Notes under the pieces: generated by a model
Database searches by the model: none
Seen by the model: the letters and a program-made list of their open reading frames with translations, nothing else
Told to the model about the DNA's origin: nothing
Translations under genes and position numbers: made by a program
DNA from: a virus
Length of the DNA stretch: 64,000 nt
IMG/VR virus record: IMGVR_UViG_3300047160_036265
Direction: 5' to 3' (one strand)
Shown: in pieces, positions 43,730-52,067 of the stretch
How the letters are laid out: every line of letters starts with the position of its first letter
How positions within the stretch are numbered: position 1 is the first letter of the stretch

Positions 43730-44047
43730 TCAGTTATTATTCGGATCGGGCGGCTTGCTGTCGTACACGGTGCCCGAATCCTCGACCTGGCACACCGCCG
43801 GGGCATTGCCCTTCCAGGTGCCGTCCCCACGAATGAGGATCGCCTTGGGGTTGCCCTTGGCCGCTCGCCAGCAGGCATCGCAGGCCACAACCCAACCAGC
43901 CTCCCCCATCGTCCGATCCGGGCGCATGAAGCGGACCTTTCCATCCTGCATCTTGAAAAAATGATGCTTGTCGGCGTGCAGATGCCCGCAGTGAACAATC
44001 CGCTCGCCATGCTTGGGCTGGATTTCGGTGAATTTCTTGTCGGCCAC
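43730..44047 (-). CDS. hypothetical protein (GTG start)
   Basis: RBS AGGAGG lies 5 nt before the GTG. The product is MADKKFTEIQ... Confidence 0.5.
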   Translation of the reverse strand: MADKKFTEIQPKHGERIVHCGHLHADKHHFFKMQDGKVRFMRPDRTMGEAGWVVACDACWRAAKGNPKAILIRGDGTWKGNAPAVCQVEDSGTVYDSKPPDPNNN

Positions 44048-44056
44048 AGGAGCCTC

Positions 44057-44173
44057 CTATCTGATGATGCCTGCACAAAGCATAATCAGCATCATGACAC
44101 CAAAAACTGCCAGCGTCCACAATAAAAGCCGGCCAAAAAATTCAGGGATTCCGGGAGGGCCTGCGCCATTCAT
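44057..44173 (-). CDS. small membrane peptide (~38 aa)
   Basis: MNGAGPPGIPEFFGRLLLWTLAVFGVMMLIML. It starts 3 nt after the tRNA-Thr 3' end and is below the ORF-track cutoff. Confidence 0.3.
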   Translation of the reverse strand: MNGAGPPGIPEFFGRLLLWTLAVFGVMMLIMLCAGIIR

Positions 44174-44175
44174 AG

Positions 44176-44246
44176 AGCCGGTAGAGAGAATCGAACTCTC
44201 GTCTCCTGTTTACAAGACAGGCATAATACCACTATACGATACCGGC
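44176..44246 (-). tRNA. tRNA-Thr (anticodon TGT)
   Basis: Manual fold: GCCGGTA/TACCGGC acceptor, anticodon stem CCTGT/ACAGG with loop CTTGTAA, T-arm GAGAG-TTCGATT-CTCTC. Confidence 0.8.
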
Positions 44247-44507
44247 TTAGTTGTTATTATGTATCCGCAGCATCGGCAAACTTTGCTGCAAAGAGTCCAG
44301 CAGCCCCTCCATTTCTTTTTTCAAAATCTCCTTCTGCTCAGAATCCAGGCAGGTCTTGTACTGCCGCCCCAGGTCACACAAGCGCACACAACCTTCATAA
44401 TGGGCGCGATAGAAGTCGGCATGAACCTGCCCGGCACGCCCCTCGATCTCCTCCAGAGCCAGCTTCATCACCGCCAGCGACTCTTCCATCTTGGTTAAAT
44501 CGACCAT
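44247..44507 (-). CDS. hypothetical protein
   Basis: 86-aa ORF abutting the tRNA 5' end. Confidence 0.45.
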   Translation of the reverse strand: MVDLTKMEESLAVMKLALEEIEGRAGQVHADFYRAHYEGCVRLCDLGRQYKTCLDSEQKEILKKEMEGLLDSLQQSLPMLRIHNNN

Positions 44508-45028
44508 TACTCCTCCACCGCACTCTGCCAGTAGCGGAACGTGTCGTCCGTTACCAGGGCCTCCCGGTCATGAAGGTTCTTCAGGAAATCGAAGAACGCC
44601 GCACATTCGTCCCTCATGCCTAGAAGCCGAAGGGACGTGAGGCAACGGGTAATCCGCAGCCAGTTGTGATTGGGCCGATTCCACACTTCGGGCCGGCGGG
44701 CGGCGAAGTTATCGGCCTTCTTCACCCTCCACAGGCCCTTCCCAAACTCGTCCTCATGGTACTCTAGGCCCAGGAAGTTCAGGAAGCGATGGAATGCCTT
44801 CAGCAGCCGATATTTCATCACCTTGTCAGCGTTGAACGCCGCAATATCCTCATCCGTCAGGATAGGAGCATCGGCGTTGAAGCGGCTGTGTTCCCGGAGG
44901 GGGAATAGCCACTGGATGTAGTCATGTTCGATCTCCATATCCTCGTCATCCATGCCGAGAACGGCGTCCAGCGTCCTGCCTTCCGTGTCTCTGCCCTCGC
45001 CAGAGTAAAAATCAGTCAGTTGCGACAT
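44507..45028 (-). CDS. OGFr-family (opioid growth factor receptor conserved region-like) protein
   Basis: DYIQWLFPLREHSRFN ... HNWLRITR resemble the OGFr_N conserved region. Confidence 0.4.
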   Translation of the reverse strand: MSQLTDFYSGEGRDTEGRTLDAVLGMDDEDMEIEHDYIQWLFPLREHSRFNADAPILTDEDIAAFNADKVMKYRLLKAFHRFLNFLGLEYHEDEFGKGLWRVKKADNFAARRPEVWNRPNHNWLRITRCLTSLRLLGMRDECAAFFDFLKNLHDREALVTDDTFRYWQSAVEE

Positions 45029-45068
45029 GGATACCCCTTCAGGCGACCACGGATTTCGACGTATTTAG

Positions 45069-45563
45069 TCATTGTACTGGCGATTCGGGCTGTTGTAAAG
45101 CTTCCGGCTCCAGATAGGACTTCCATTCCGTTTCCGGTTCCGCCCCGTACCACTCATCGTCAATGCTACGGTACTTGGCCTGGTTCATGCGATCCTCCTT
45201 GTCCTTGAGCAACCCCAGGTTGGCGAAAATGTACAAAAGGGTCAAACGAATCGCGTTGGCGCTCAGGCGCTTCTGATGGAGCCTGCTGCACAACAACGAG
45301 AACTCGATCTCCCCTTGTTCCCAGAGCCAGCGGTGGAAATCCTCCACCTGGGAATCGGTTATATCCGGGAGGGTAACGGGGTGGCCTATGAAGTGAAACA
45401 TGCCGGCCAGCAGGTCGATAACGGCCACGACCTTATGGACCTTATACCAGGACTGCCGGCCCATGTCCTTGAGGCACTGGTCGGCGGTCTTGAGGTAACG
45501 GTGAAGGGGGCTGGAGTCGGTCAGGCCCGACGTTTCCGCCAGTGTGACTATCTGCCTTGGCAA
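45069..45563 (-). CDS. hypothetical protein
   Basis: 164-aa ORF. Confidence 0.45.
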   Translation of the reverse strand: MPRQIVTLAETSGLTDSSPLHRYLKTADQCLKDMGRQSWYKVHKVVAVIDLLAGMFHFIGHPVTLPDITDSQVEDFHRWLWEQGEIEFSLLCSRLHQKRLSANAIRLTLLYIFANLGLLKDKEDRMNQAKYRSIDDEWYGAEPETEWKSYLEPEALQQPESPVQ

Positions 45564-45793
45564 TGCTTTTCCTCAAGACGTTCCAAAGTGGCAATCGCCC
45601 AACCTAGCCCATAGGTCAGGTCGCTCCTTGGAATAAGCTGGCCATTCTCGGCCCGTTCAACCAGCGGCTCATTTTCAACATCCTCTTCCTTGCCCGCACC
45701 ATACCCAGCCAGCCATTCGGCCATTTTGCCGTTGACTTCGGGGCAGTGTTCCTCATGCCTTTCATCCCTGTGGAGGCAATATCGGCAACTCAT
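45548..45793 (-). CDS. hypothetical Cys/His protein
   Basis: Trimmed to MSCRYCLHRDERHEEHC. ATGA-coupled. Confidence 0.4.
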   Translation of the reverse strand: MSCRYCLHRDERHEEHCPEVNGKMAEWLAGYGAGKEEDVENEPLVERAENGQLIPRSDLTYGLGWAIATLERLEEKHCQGR

Positions 45794-46182
45794 TTTTTCT
45801 TCCGTGGCTTGGTGGCCTTCTTCTTTGGTTTCGGTTCTGGTTTTATCTCTTCCACCACGATCTCTTCGGGTGGCTCCGGCCCCACACGGGTAACAGTCGG
45901 CCACGTCTTGTAAGCCGGACGCTGGGGCTTATTCAAAACCGAGTTGACCACCGCCATATATTCTTCCCCAGCGGGCAGGAAAGGCGGCGCGACATACGGC
46001 CCCTTGAGCATATGTGAGACACCCTTCACCTTCATGACTTGATCCACCTGGCGGGCGTCGATCTGGCCGTTGATGGCGTACTCGCTGGGAATCGTCTCGA
46101 TATTTGTCACCCCCAACTGTTGCAGGAGGACGCAGGTTTCACCCATATCCGCCTGCTTCTCCAGGTATACTTTTACATTCAT
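45790..46182 (-). CDS. hypothetical protein with Lys-rich tail
   Basis: 130-aa ORF. Confidence 0.45.
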   Translation of the reverse strand: MNVKVYLEKQADMGETCVLLQQLGVTNIETIPSEYAINGQIDARQVDQVMKVKGVSHMLKGPYVAPPFLPAGEEYMAVVNSVLNKPQRPAYKTWPTVTRVGPEPPEEIVVEEIKPEPKPKKKATKPRKKK

Positions 46183-46190
46183 TATGCTCC

Positions 46191-46385
46191 TTACTGGAAC
46201 CCTTTTTCTTCGGACTCCATGACCTTTATTTCAATCTCCATAATAGAGCGCCCCAGGTCGGTTTCTTTGTCAACCTCGGACAAAGCGAACTCCTTGCTGA
46301 TGGGGCCTTTCAGGGTATGAATCTTGAAACCCGCCGGCCATCGGCGGATATGATCCATGACCTTTTGTTTCAAAGCTAATTCCAT
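46191..46385 (-). CDS. hypothetical small protein
   Basis: 64-aa ORF. Confidence 0.35.
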   Translation of the reverse strand: MELALKQKVMDHIRRWPAGFKIHTLKGPISKEFALSEVDKETDLGRSIMEIEIKVMESEEKGFQ

Positions 46386-46386
46386 C

Positions 46387-47856
46387 CTACTCCTTCAGTC
46401 GAAGTTCCCTGCGAAGCTGCTCTGGGATGCCGGCAGGGGCTTGCATTACCGCCGTCCGCCCGTGGGCATTCATCGGAAAGGCGATCACTTCCTTCAGGGA
46501 CGTTTCATTGCAAAGTAACATGGCCAGGCGGTCCAGACCAAGGGCAATTCCGCCGTGGGGAGGCGTACCCAGATCGAAAGCGTCCAGCATGTGGCCGACA
46601 CTCTCCTCCGTCTCGCCCTGATTGTACCCCATATTGCGGAAGGTAGCTTCGAGGATGTCCCGCCGGTGGGCGCGAATGCTGCCGCTCCCCACTTCGTAAC
46701 CGTTGCAAACCAGATCGTACTGATACGCCTGAATCTGGTCGAGGTTCTTACCCTCAAGGTGCCACTCCAGGTGTTCCGCAATCGGCATCGAGAAGGGGTT
46801 GTGCATGAACGTATATTCGCCCTTGGTATCGAGTTTTTCCTCGGCGGTCGTCGCCTTTTTGTACATGGGAAAACGAACGACCCAGCAAAAGGCCAGGACG
46901 TTGTTCTGTATCTGGTCGGGAGTGCGGATGTCGGGCTTGTCCGTTTTGTATTTCTCCATCGCCTCCTGGTAGGTGAGGATGGGGAAGGTGGACATGGCGT
47001 TGTCGAGAAGGTCGTAGCGGCGCTCGTCCTTGTACTCGTCGTTGCACTTGCGGCTTAGTTTGTAGCAGCAATAACGAATCACATCACTGACATGGTGGAA
47101 TATACGCCATTCCTCCGGGAAGGCGATTTCCATGTCAAGTTGTGTGAATTCAAAACCACGGTCGAGACGCAGGCTCTCGTCCCGGATGCAGCGGGCGATC
47201 TGGTAATAACCCTCGAAACCCGCCGTCATGAGCAACTGTTTGTACTGCTGGGGACTCTGCGGCAGGGCGTAGAACTTGCCCGGCTGAAGACGCGACGGCA
47301 CCACAAAATCCCGTGCCCCCTCCTTGGTGGACTTGGTAAGCATCGGGGTTTCAATATAGGTGAAGTGCGTCGTGGCGCACTGGCCCAGGATCGTGTGAAT
47401 ATACTGGATGATTTTCGAGCGCACCAGCATGTTACGGTGCAAGCGTTTGCGGCGCAGGTCCAAGTAGCGATACTGAAGGCGCTTCTCCTCATTGATCTCA
47501 TAGCCTGGGCCGTCAATGGGGATGGGAAGCTCCTTGCACTTGTTGAGAACCGTGCATGTATCCACGACCACTTCGACGCTACCCGTCAACATCTCCGGGT
47601 TGACCATGTGTTCGGGGCGCTTGACGATCTTCCCCGTAATTTCCACCACGTCTTCGGCATTCAACCCCTTCATCAAACCACGACCTACGCACTGAACAAT
47701 GCCGGTGAAGTCGCGCAGGTCAATAAACACCAGTTTGCCGTGGCTGCGCACCGTGTCCACCCAGCCCTGGAGACGCCACAGGGTCGCATCAGGCCCGCCG
47801 GTGCTGGCAAGGCGCTGGGTGGATTCGGCGGTGGTTAGTTGTCCTGGCCTTCGCAT
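46387..47856 (-). CDS. aspS: aspartyl-tRNA synthetase, bacterial type but lacking the GAD insertion domain (~490 aa)
   Basis: IETPMLTKSTKEGARDFVVPSRLQPGKFYALPQSPQQYKQLLM, QIARCIRDE, EFTQLD, GSGSIRAHR and PPHGGIALGLDRLAMLL blocks. Start trimmed to MRRPGQLTT, which aligns with E. coli MRTEYCGQL. Confidence 0.8.
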   Translation of the reverse strand: MRRPGQLTTAESTQRLASTGGPDATLWRLQGWVDTVRSHGKLVFIDLRDFTGIVQCVGRGLMKGLNAEDVVEITGKIVKRPEHMVNPEMLTGSVEVVVDTCTVLNKCKELPIPIDGPGYEINEEKRLQYRYLDLRRKRLHRNMLVRSKIIQYIHTILGQCATTHFTYIETPMLTKSTKEGARDFVVPSRLQPGKFYALPQSPQQYKQLLMTAGFEGYYQIARCIRDESLRLDRGFEFTQLDMEIAFPEEWRIFHHVSDVIRYCCYKLSRKCNDEYKDERRYDLLDNAMSTFPILTYQEAMEKYKTDKPDIRTPDQIQNNVLAFCWVVRFPMYKKATTAEEKLDTKGEYTFMHNPFSMPIAEHLEWHLEGKNLDQIQAYQYDLVCNGYEVGSGSIRAHRRDILEATFRNMGYNQGETEESVGHMLDAFDLGTPPHGGIALGLDRLAMLLCNETSLKEVIAFPMNAHGRTAVMQAPAGIPEQLRRELRLKE

Positions 47857-48860
47857 AATGGCTCCAAATAAGCGGCGGCAAAGTCTACCTTCTTCTCGAA
47901 GGGCAGTTGCCGCATATATTCCCCATTCAACCAAAGGAGTTTCGCCGGGTCAAAACTGGCCGGGGAATCGTTCACGCCGTCCAATGAAAAACATTCTACC
48001 AGTTTCGCCAGTGGAATGATTTCCGAAGTTCCGTCCAGCGCCCAACCCAGGCGAGCCAAGTAGTTGACCATCGCCTCCGGCAGATAACCCATCGCCTGAT
48101 AATAGCCCAGGACCGCCGGGTTCAGATCAGTGCGTTCGGTAAAACCAATCGTTGTCAACTTCTCACACACGTCCGGGGTCATGAACTGATCCAGGTCGCG
48201 CTTGCTGAGCTTCTTCTTCGATCCCGGCGCACAAATAAAAGACAGGTGGCCAAACTTCGGTTCGGCCCAGCCCAAACTACGAAACAGGGCCAATTGAATG
48301 GGCGTGTTGCTTAGATGTTCCTCGCCCCGGAGGATGTGGGTCACGCCCAGGTCGTGATCGTCCACCACGGAGGCGAAGTTGTAAAGGAAGGTGCCGTCCG
48401 ACCGCCGGATCACCGGGTCTTTGATGAGCTTGTCATCCCAGGTGAGCTTCTTGCGGATCAGGTCGAAACAGCCGATGCCCACGCCATCATCCCAATGGGG
48501 GATGCTGAAGCGGACAGCGCCCTCCTCCTCGTAGGCCCACCCGGAGGCAAGCAGGCTGGCGCAGACCTCCCGGTAACGGTCCAGGCGCTCGGACTGATAG
48601 AACGGGCCGGCGTCATGCGACAGGCCCAGCCAGGCGAGGCCATCAAGAATAGGCTGCACGGCCTCTTCGATGTTGCGCTCGGTGTCGGTGTCGTCAATAC
48701 GCAGGATGAACCGGCCCTGGTAACGGCGGGCGTAGAGCCAGTTGAAAAGTGCGGTTCGGACGCCGCCGATGTGCAAGTACCCCGTGGGACTAGGTGCGAA
48801 CCGAGTGACTGGTTTGAGCATGAAGTTGAGCCTGTATTTGCTTGTGTACCTCCGGCCCAA
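47835..48860 (-). CDS. glutamyl-tRNA synthetase catalytic core lacking the C-terminal anticodon-binding domain (GluQ-RS-like architecture); probable start at 48821
   Basis: VTRFAPSPTGYLHIGGVRTALFNW is the HIGH motif and KLSKR is the KMSKS motif. Colinear with E. coli GluRS residues ~1-345, then stops. Confidence 0.75.
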   Translation of the reverse strand: MGRRYTSKYRLNFMLKPVTRFAPSPTGYLHIGGVRTALFNWLYARRYQGRFILRIDDTDTERNIEEAVQPILDGLAWLGLSHDAGPFYQSERLDRYREVCASLLASGWAYEEEGAVRFSIPHWDDGVGIGCFDLIRKKLTWDDKLIKDPVIRRSDGTFLYNFASVVDDHDLGVTHILRGEEHLSNTPIQLALFRSLGWAEPKFGHLSFICAPGSKKKLSKRDLDQFMTPDVCEKLTTIGFTERTDLNPAVLGYYQAMGYLPEAMVNYLARLGWALDGTSEIIPLAKLVECFSLDGVNDSPASFDPAKLLWLNGEYMRQLPFEKKVDFAAAYLEPLCEGQDN

Positions 48861-48993
48861 CGACCATCTGATGCGGCTGTTTTGTGCCGTCTGGTTTGGT
48901 CAACAGCACTGTGTAGTAAAAGCGCTTCTGGGCCGGGCTGGCATATTCCAGCAGCCATTGCTTATAGTGCTTCAATAGTAGTAGCCCTTCCAT
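48790..48993 (-). CDS. hypothetical small protein (low confidence, overlaps GluRS-core 5' region)
   Basis: 67-aa ORF. Confidence 0.25.
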   Translation of the reverse strand: MEGLLLLKHYKQWLLEYASPAQKRFYYTVLLTKPDGTKQPHQMVVGPEVHKQIQAQLHAQTSHSVRT

Positions 48994-49214
48994 GAGAAGA
49001 AGACCCGCCAGAAAATGTACAACAGCGCCAGCACTCCCGTGAATTCCCCCAGGAAGTGAAGGACGCCGGATAGTTTCTTATATTTACGAGCGTAGGCGAA
49101 CCAGGAAGCCAGGCACAGCACGGTCACGGTAACAATGAACGTGACCAGCATCACGTTATCGAGCCATTCGAGGTAATGCCAGCGCTGCACAATGGGGTTG
49201 TCCATGCCGTTCAT
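48972..49214 (-). CDS. hypothetical membrane protein
   Basis: Two transmembrane segments. Confidence 0.45.
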   Translation of the reverse strand: MNGMDNPIVQRWHYLEWLDNVMLVTFIVTVTVLCLASWFAYARKYKKLSGVLHFLGEFTGVLALLYIFWRVFFSWKGYYY

Positions 49215-49426
49215 TGCATGATCTCCACGATGCCCTGGGCAACCAGGGTCGGCATGTCCTGAGCCTTCAAGCCGTGCAGGGCGATGTAATGCCGCTGGAC
49301 CTTATATTTCACCCCCGCAACCTCCACCGGGATGTATTCCCCCAACTGCTCAACAAGGCGCGACACCCTCCGCTCTATCGCTGGGTCGGAATAATGCAAG
49401 GGCTGACCGCAGGCGCAGTGTTGCAT
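49211..49426 (-). CDS. hypothetical protein
   Basis: ATGA-coupled. Confidence 0.4.
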   Translation of the reverse strand: MQHCACGQPLHYSDPAIERRVSRLVEQLGEYIPVEVAGVKYKVQRHYIALHGLKAQDMPTLVAQGIVEIMQ

Positions 49427-49429
49427 ATG

Positions 49430-49684
49430 TCACCCTGTCATGCCGTCGTGGATGGACACCACGACGGACTTACTCCTGACGGCGAACTTGAAATAGTGAA
49501 ATTCCGATTGGGTGGGGTCAATACCCGACTCATCCTTTAACGCCTTGAGCGCAGCCCGCTCATATTTGCGGACCAAGGCCAGGGCCTTGCGCAATTCTGC
49601 CGCCTCGGTGGCCGTGGCCGGGAAAGTAACCTCCACGATCCCGGAGGCGGCGCTGTAGTGTTCCTGCACGTCGATGGCTTTCAT
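49430..49684 (-). CDS. hypothetical protein
   Basis: Trimmed to MKAIDVQEHY. Confidence 0.4.
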   Translation of the reverse strand: MKAIDVQEHYSAASGIVEVTFPATATEAAELRKALALVRKYERAALKALKDESGIDPTQSEFHYFKFAVRSKSVVVSIHDGMTG

Positions 49685-50007
49685 TCGGCTGGCTCGATTT
49701 CGCAACTCATGGACCCCTGACACCGGGCAATCATCTTGTCTGGCCCAAAGGCGTGAACCTGCTCCTGTTTCAACTCGGCGTGTTCCTTCGTCGTGGTCAG
49801 CAGGATGGTGCGGCCCGTCTCGTGAACCTCCTTGGCGTGCTGCATCCCCTTCTCCGGCGGGAAGCCGAAAATCTTCTGCAACATCCCGATGACGTACTCG
49901 AACGAGTGGTCGTCGTCGTTCAGGAGGATGACGTTATAAGGCGGCTGTTGCTTGACTTTCTTTTCCTCTTCCGTCCGTGGTTTTGGCCTCTCAATTGTTT
50001 CCGGCAT
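49681..50007 (-). CDS. clpS: ATP-dependent Clp protease adaptor ClpS
   Basis: YNVILLNDDDHSFEYVIGMLQKIF...AKEVHETGRTILLTTTKEHAELK matches the ClpS core. Confidence 0.7.
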   Translation of the reverse strand: MPETIERPKPRTEEEKKVKQQPPYNVILLNDDDHSFEYVIGMLQKIFGFPPEKGMQHAKEVHETGRTILLTTTKEHAELKQEQVHAFGPDKMIARCQGSMSCEIEPAE

Positions 50008-50099
50008 TGTTTCCTCTTTCCGTGTTTGTTGTATTTGCGGGCACCTTACCTTACCTCCGTAGGCCCCGACTGTAAACCCCCTCTTGGGCGGTTATGGAA

Positions 50100-50276
50100 G
50101 TCTACCACCTAAAGCCTTCCCCCACAAGGTCTTTCGGCTCCTGCCCCAGAAGCTCGAAAACCCGGTCCAGGTCTTCCAGCCGCACAGGCGGCTCGCCCAT
50201 CTGGGCGAAGAGCAAGTCGATTGCCCAGGTTTCCGGCACGGGCAGGGCCATCGTGACCCAAATGACTGTCTCATAC
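50100..50276 (-). CDS. hypothetical small protein (low confidence)
   Basis: MYETVIWVTMALPVPETW... It overlaps the upstream stop by 8 nt and is below the ORF-track cutoff. Confidence 0.25.
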
Positions 50277-50495
50277 ATCCGTGTGTTCTTTCACCCACTG
50301 GTCATAAGTCTTCATGCCCGTGTGTTTGGGACGGGAGTGTTTGTATTTGAGATAATAGGGCAAGCACGTCGGGCCAGTCAACGGCTGGACCTTGATGAGC
50401 TTGTCCGCTATGAGTTGGGGGTAAATGCGGCGAACGAGGGGGATGGTGATGCGCTTGAATTGCCCATTGCCCAAATAATCATCGTAGTGTCGCAT
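50271..50495 (-). CDS. hypothetical protein
   Basis: 74-aa ORF. Confidence 0.4.
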   Translation of the reverse strand: MRHYDDYLGNGQFKRITIPLVRRIYPQLIADKLIKVQPLTGPTCLPYYLKYKHSRPKHTGMKTYDQWVKEHTDV

Positions 50496-50542
50496 AATTC
50501 ATCCTTGAATAATAAGGGCGGGCCGAAACCCGCCCTTAACTT

Positions 50543-50764
50543 CTATTCGTCTTCATCTTCGCCCTCGCCCACCTGCATGTAAATCGGGTCGCAGGCATTG
50601 CGAGGTTCCTCGATCTTTGTCACCGACCCTCCCTTTGCCACTATCTCATGGACGATGGCACGCCGGGCCTCTAAATCGCTGCCGGCGTTTTTGACGACGA
50701 TGTTGGCCGTAATCGGCCATCCCTGCGCGTCCGTCAGTGAGACGGAAAATAGCCACTCGATCAT
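50543..50764 (-). CDS. hypothetical protein with acidic tail
   Basis: 73-aa ORF. Confidence 0.4.
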   Translation of the reverse strand: MIEWLFSVSLTDAQGWPITANIVVKNAGSDLEARRAIVHEIVAKGGSVTKIEEPRNACDPIYMQVGEGEDEDE

Positions 50765-50841
50765 GGCGGTGCCCTCTCAAAAATGGTGGTTAGCACATGG
50801 TAAACCTCCGGGGGCGATGGTTCCGGTTTCAAAATAAAAGG

Positions 50842-50912
50842 AGCGGGCTACGAGATTTGAACTCGTGCTTTCAACTTGGAAGGATGACGTGCTGCCACTA
50901 CACCAAGCCCGC
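50842..50912 (-). tRNA. tRNA-Gly (anticodon TCC)
   Basis: Manual fold: GCGGGCT/AGCCCGC acceptor, anticodon loop CTTCCAA, T-arm ACGAG-TTCAAAT-CTCGT. There is one U-U mismatch in the anticodon stem and a 3-bp D-stem. Confidence 0.7.
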
Positions 50913-50946
50913 ACGAATATATTGTATGCTTGCCGTTATTGAAATA

Positions 50947-51207
50947 TCAACGGCAAGCATCTTGTGCGGCTTTGAGCCAGCCCTCGTCTTTGAGGCCCTG
51001 GCACTGGCTACAGAATTGATAGGGTCGGAAGAGGTAGTTTTCCGGCAGAACCTCGGTGGGCATCCCGCACGCCTCGCAGTAGTAGTACATTGGCGAGCCG
51101 GCGTGGAGACTCTGGTTCTCAACCTTGGTGATATGCTTGGCGTAATCCTTGCGCCGGGCAAACTGCCGAATCGCCTCCTCCTTGGCGTATTCGAGATCAG
51201 TTTTCAT
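50947..51207 (-). CDS. hypothetical Zn-ribbon protein
   Basis: CEACGM...CSQC motifs. Confidence 0.45.
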   Translation of the reverse strand: MKTDLEYAKEEAIRQFARRKDYAKHITKVENQSLHAGSPMYYYCEACGMPTEVLPENYLFRPYQFCSQCQGLKDEGWLKAAQDACR

Positions 51208-51422
51208 TTTTCGATTCCCCGAAGAAACTGGTATTCGGTCAACGGGGTGAGGTTACAAGCCTTCACACAGGTCACAGTTACGGTGCCGCAGAGTATCACG
51301 AAAAGCCCGATTGCTGCAAAAGCCATTCCCTCCGACTTTTGTTTAACGGCGGCTGCCGTGATACACATAAAGCAGATGCCGAAAAACATGCTGAGGATGG
51401 CCAGCGAGAAGAACACGATCAT
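51204..51422 (-). CDS. hypothetical membrane protein
   Basis: ATGA-coupled; two transmembrane segments. Confidence 0.45.
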   Translation of the reverse strand: MIVFFSLAILSMFFGICFMCITAAAVKQKSEGMAFAAIGLFVILCGTVTVTCVKACNLTPLTEYQFLRGIEK

Positions 51423-51447
51423 GTTATAATCCAGCCTCTACAAATTG

Positions 51448-52008
51448 TCAAGAGTTCACAAGCTGAATTTTCTTTTCCATGATGGTGTCGATTTGCTTTA
51501 TGAACGACTCAACCAGAGCCAGAAGTTCCTTATCAAGCCGCCGTTCGGCATCTTCGCTCATAAGGGCCTTGGGGTCAAGGCGCTTTTTGGCCTTTTGTTG
51601 ACCCTTCTTCGCATCGTGTCTTATATTACGAATCGTCACCCGTGCGTCTTCGGCCAGGCCACGGATTTGGGCCACCAGCTTTTCCTTCTGGCCGCTGTCC
51701 ATGCGGGGCTGCGAGACATACACCACGTCCTCCTTGCCGGGCTGATAGACACTGTATCCCTGGCCTTCTAACGCCCGCCGCACGTCCGGCAACGCCTCCG
51801 GGTCATGGGGGCGAATCTGCACGTTGTTATGCAGTTGCGGCAGCACCATCGCCACCCGCCCCAACGGCTCTACGGTGCCCTTGAAACGCACGCGCACCGC
51901 CTCAATGACGGAGATCGTATTGCCGCCGTGCAAGCCGGCAAGGTTGTCCTTGAAGTGCAGCAAGCTCTTGTCCATCTTCTGTCGGGAATTTTGAATTACC
52001 TCTTTCAT
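51448..52008 (-). CDS. frr: ribosome recycling factor
   Basis: MKEVIQNSRQKMDKSLLHFKDNLAGLHGGNTISVIEAVRVRFKGTVEPLGRVAMV...VTIRNIRHDAKK...SEDAERRLDKELLALVESFIKQIDTIMEKK is colinear with E. coli RRF. Confidence 0.8.
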   Translation of the reverse strand: MKEVIQNSRQKMDKSLLHFKDNLAGLHGGNTISVIEAVRVRFKGTVEPLGRVAMVLPQLHNNVQIRPHDPEALPDVRRALEGQGYSVYQPGKEDVVYVSQPRMDSGQKEKLVAQIRGLAEDARVTIRNIRHDAKKGQQKAKKRLDPKALMSEDAERRLDKELLALVESFIKQIDTIMEKKIQLVNS

Positions 52009-52067
52009 TTTGGCCTCCAGAATGATATTATATTGTACTGCATCAGGGTTCTATAAGGAGATATATT

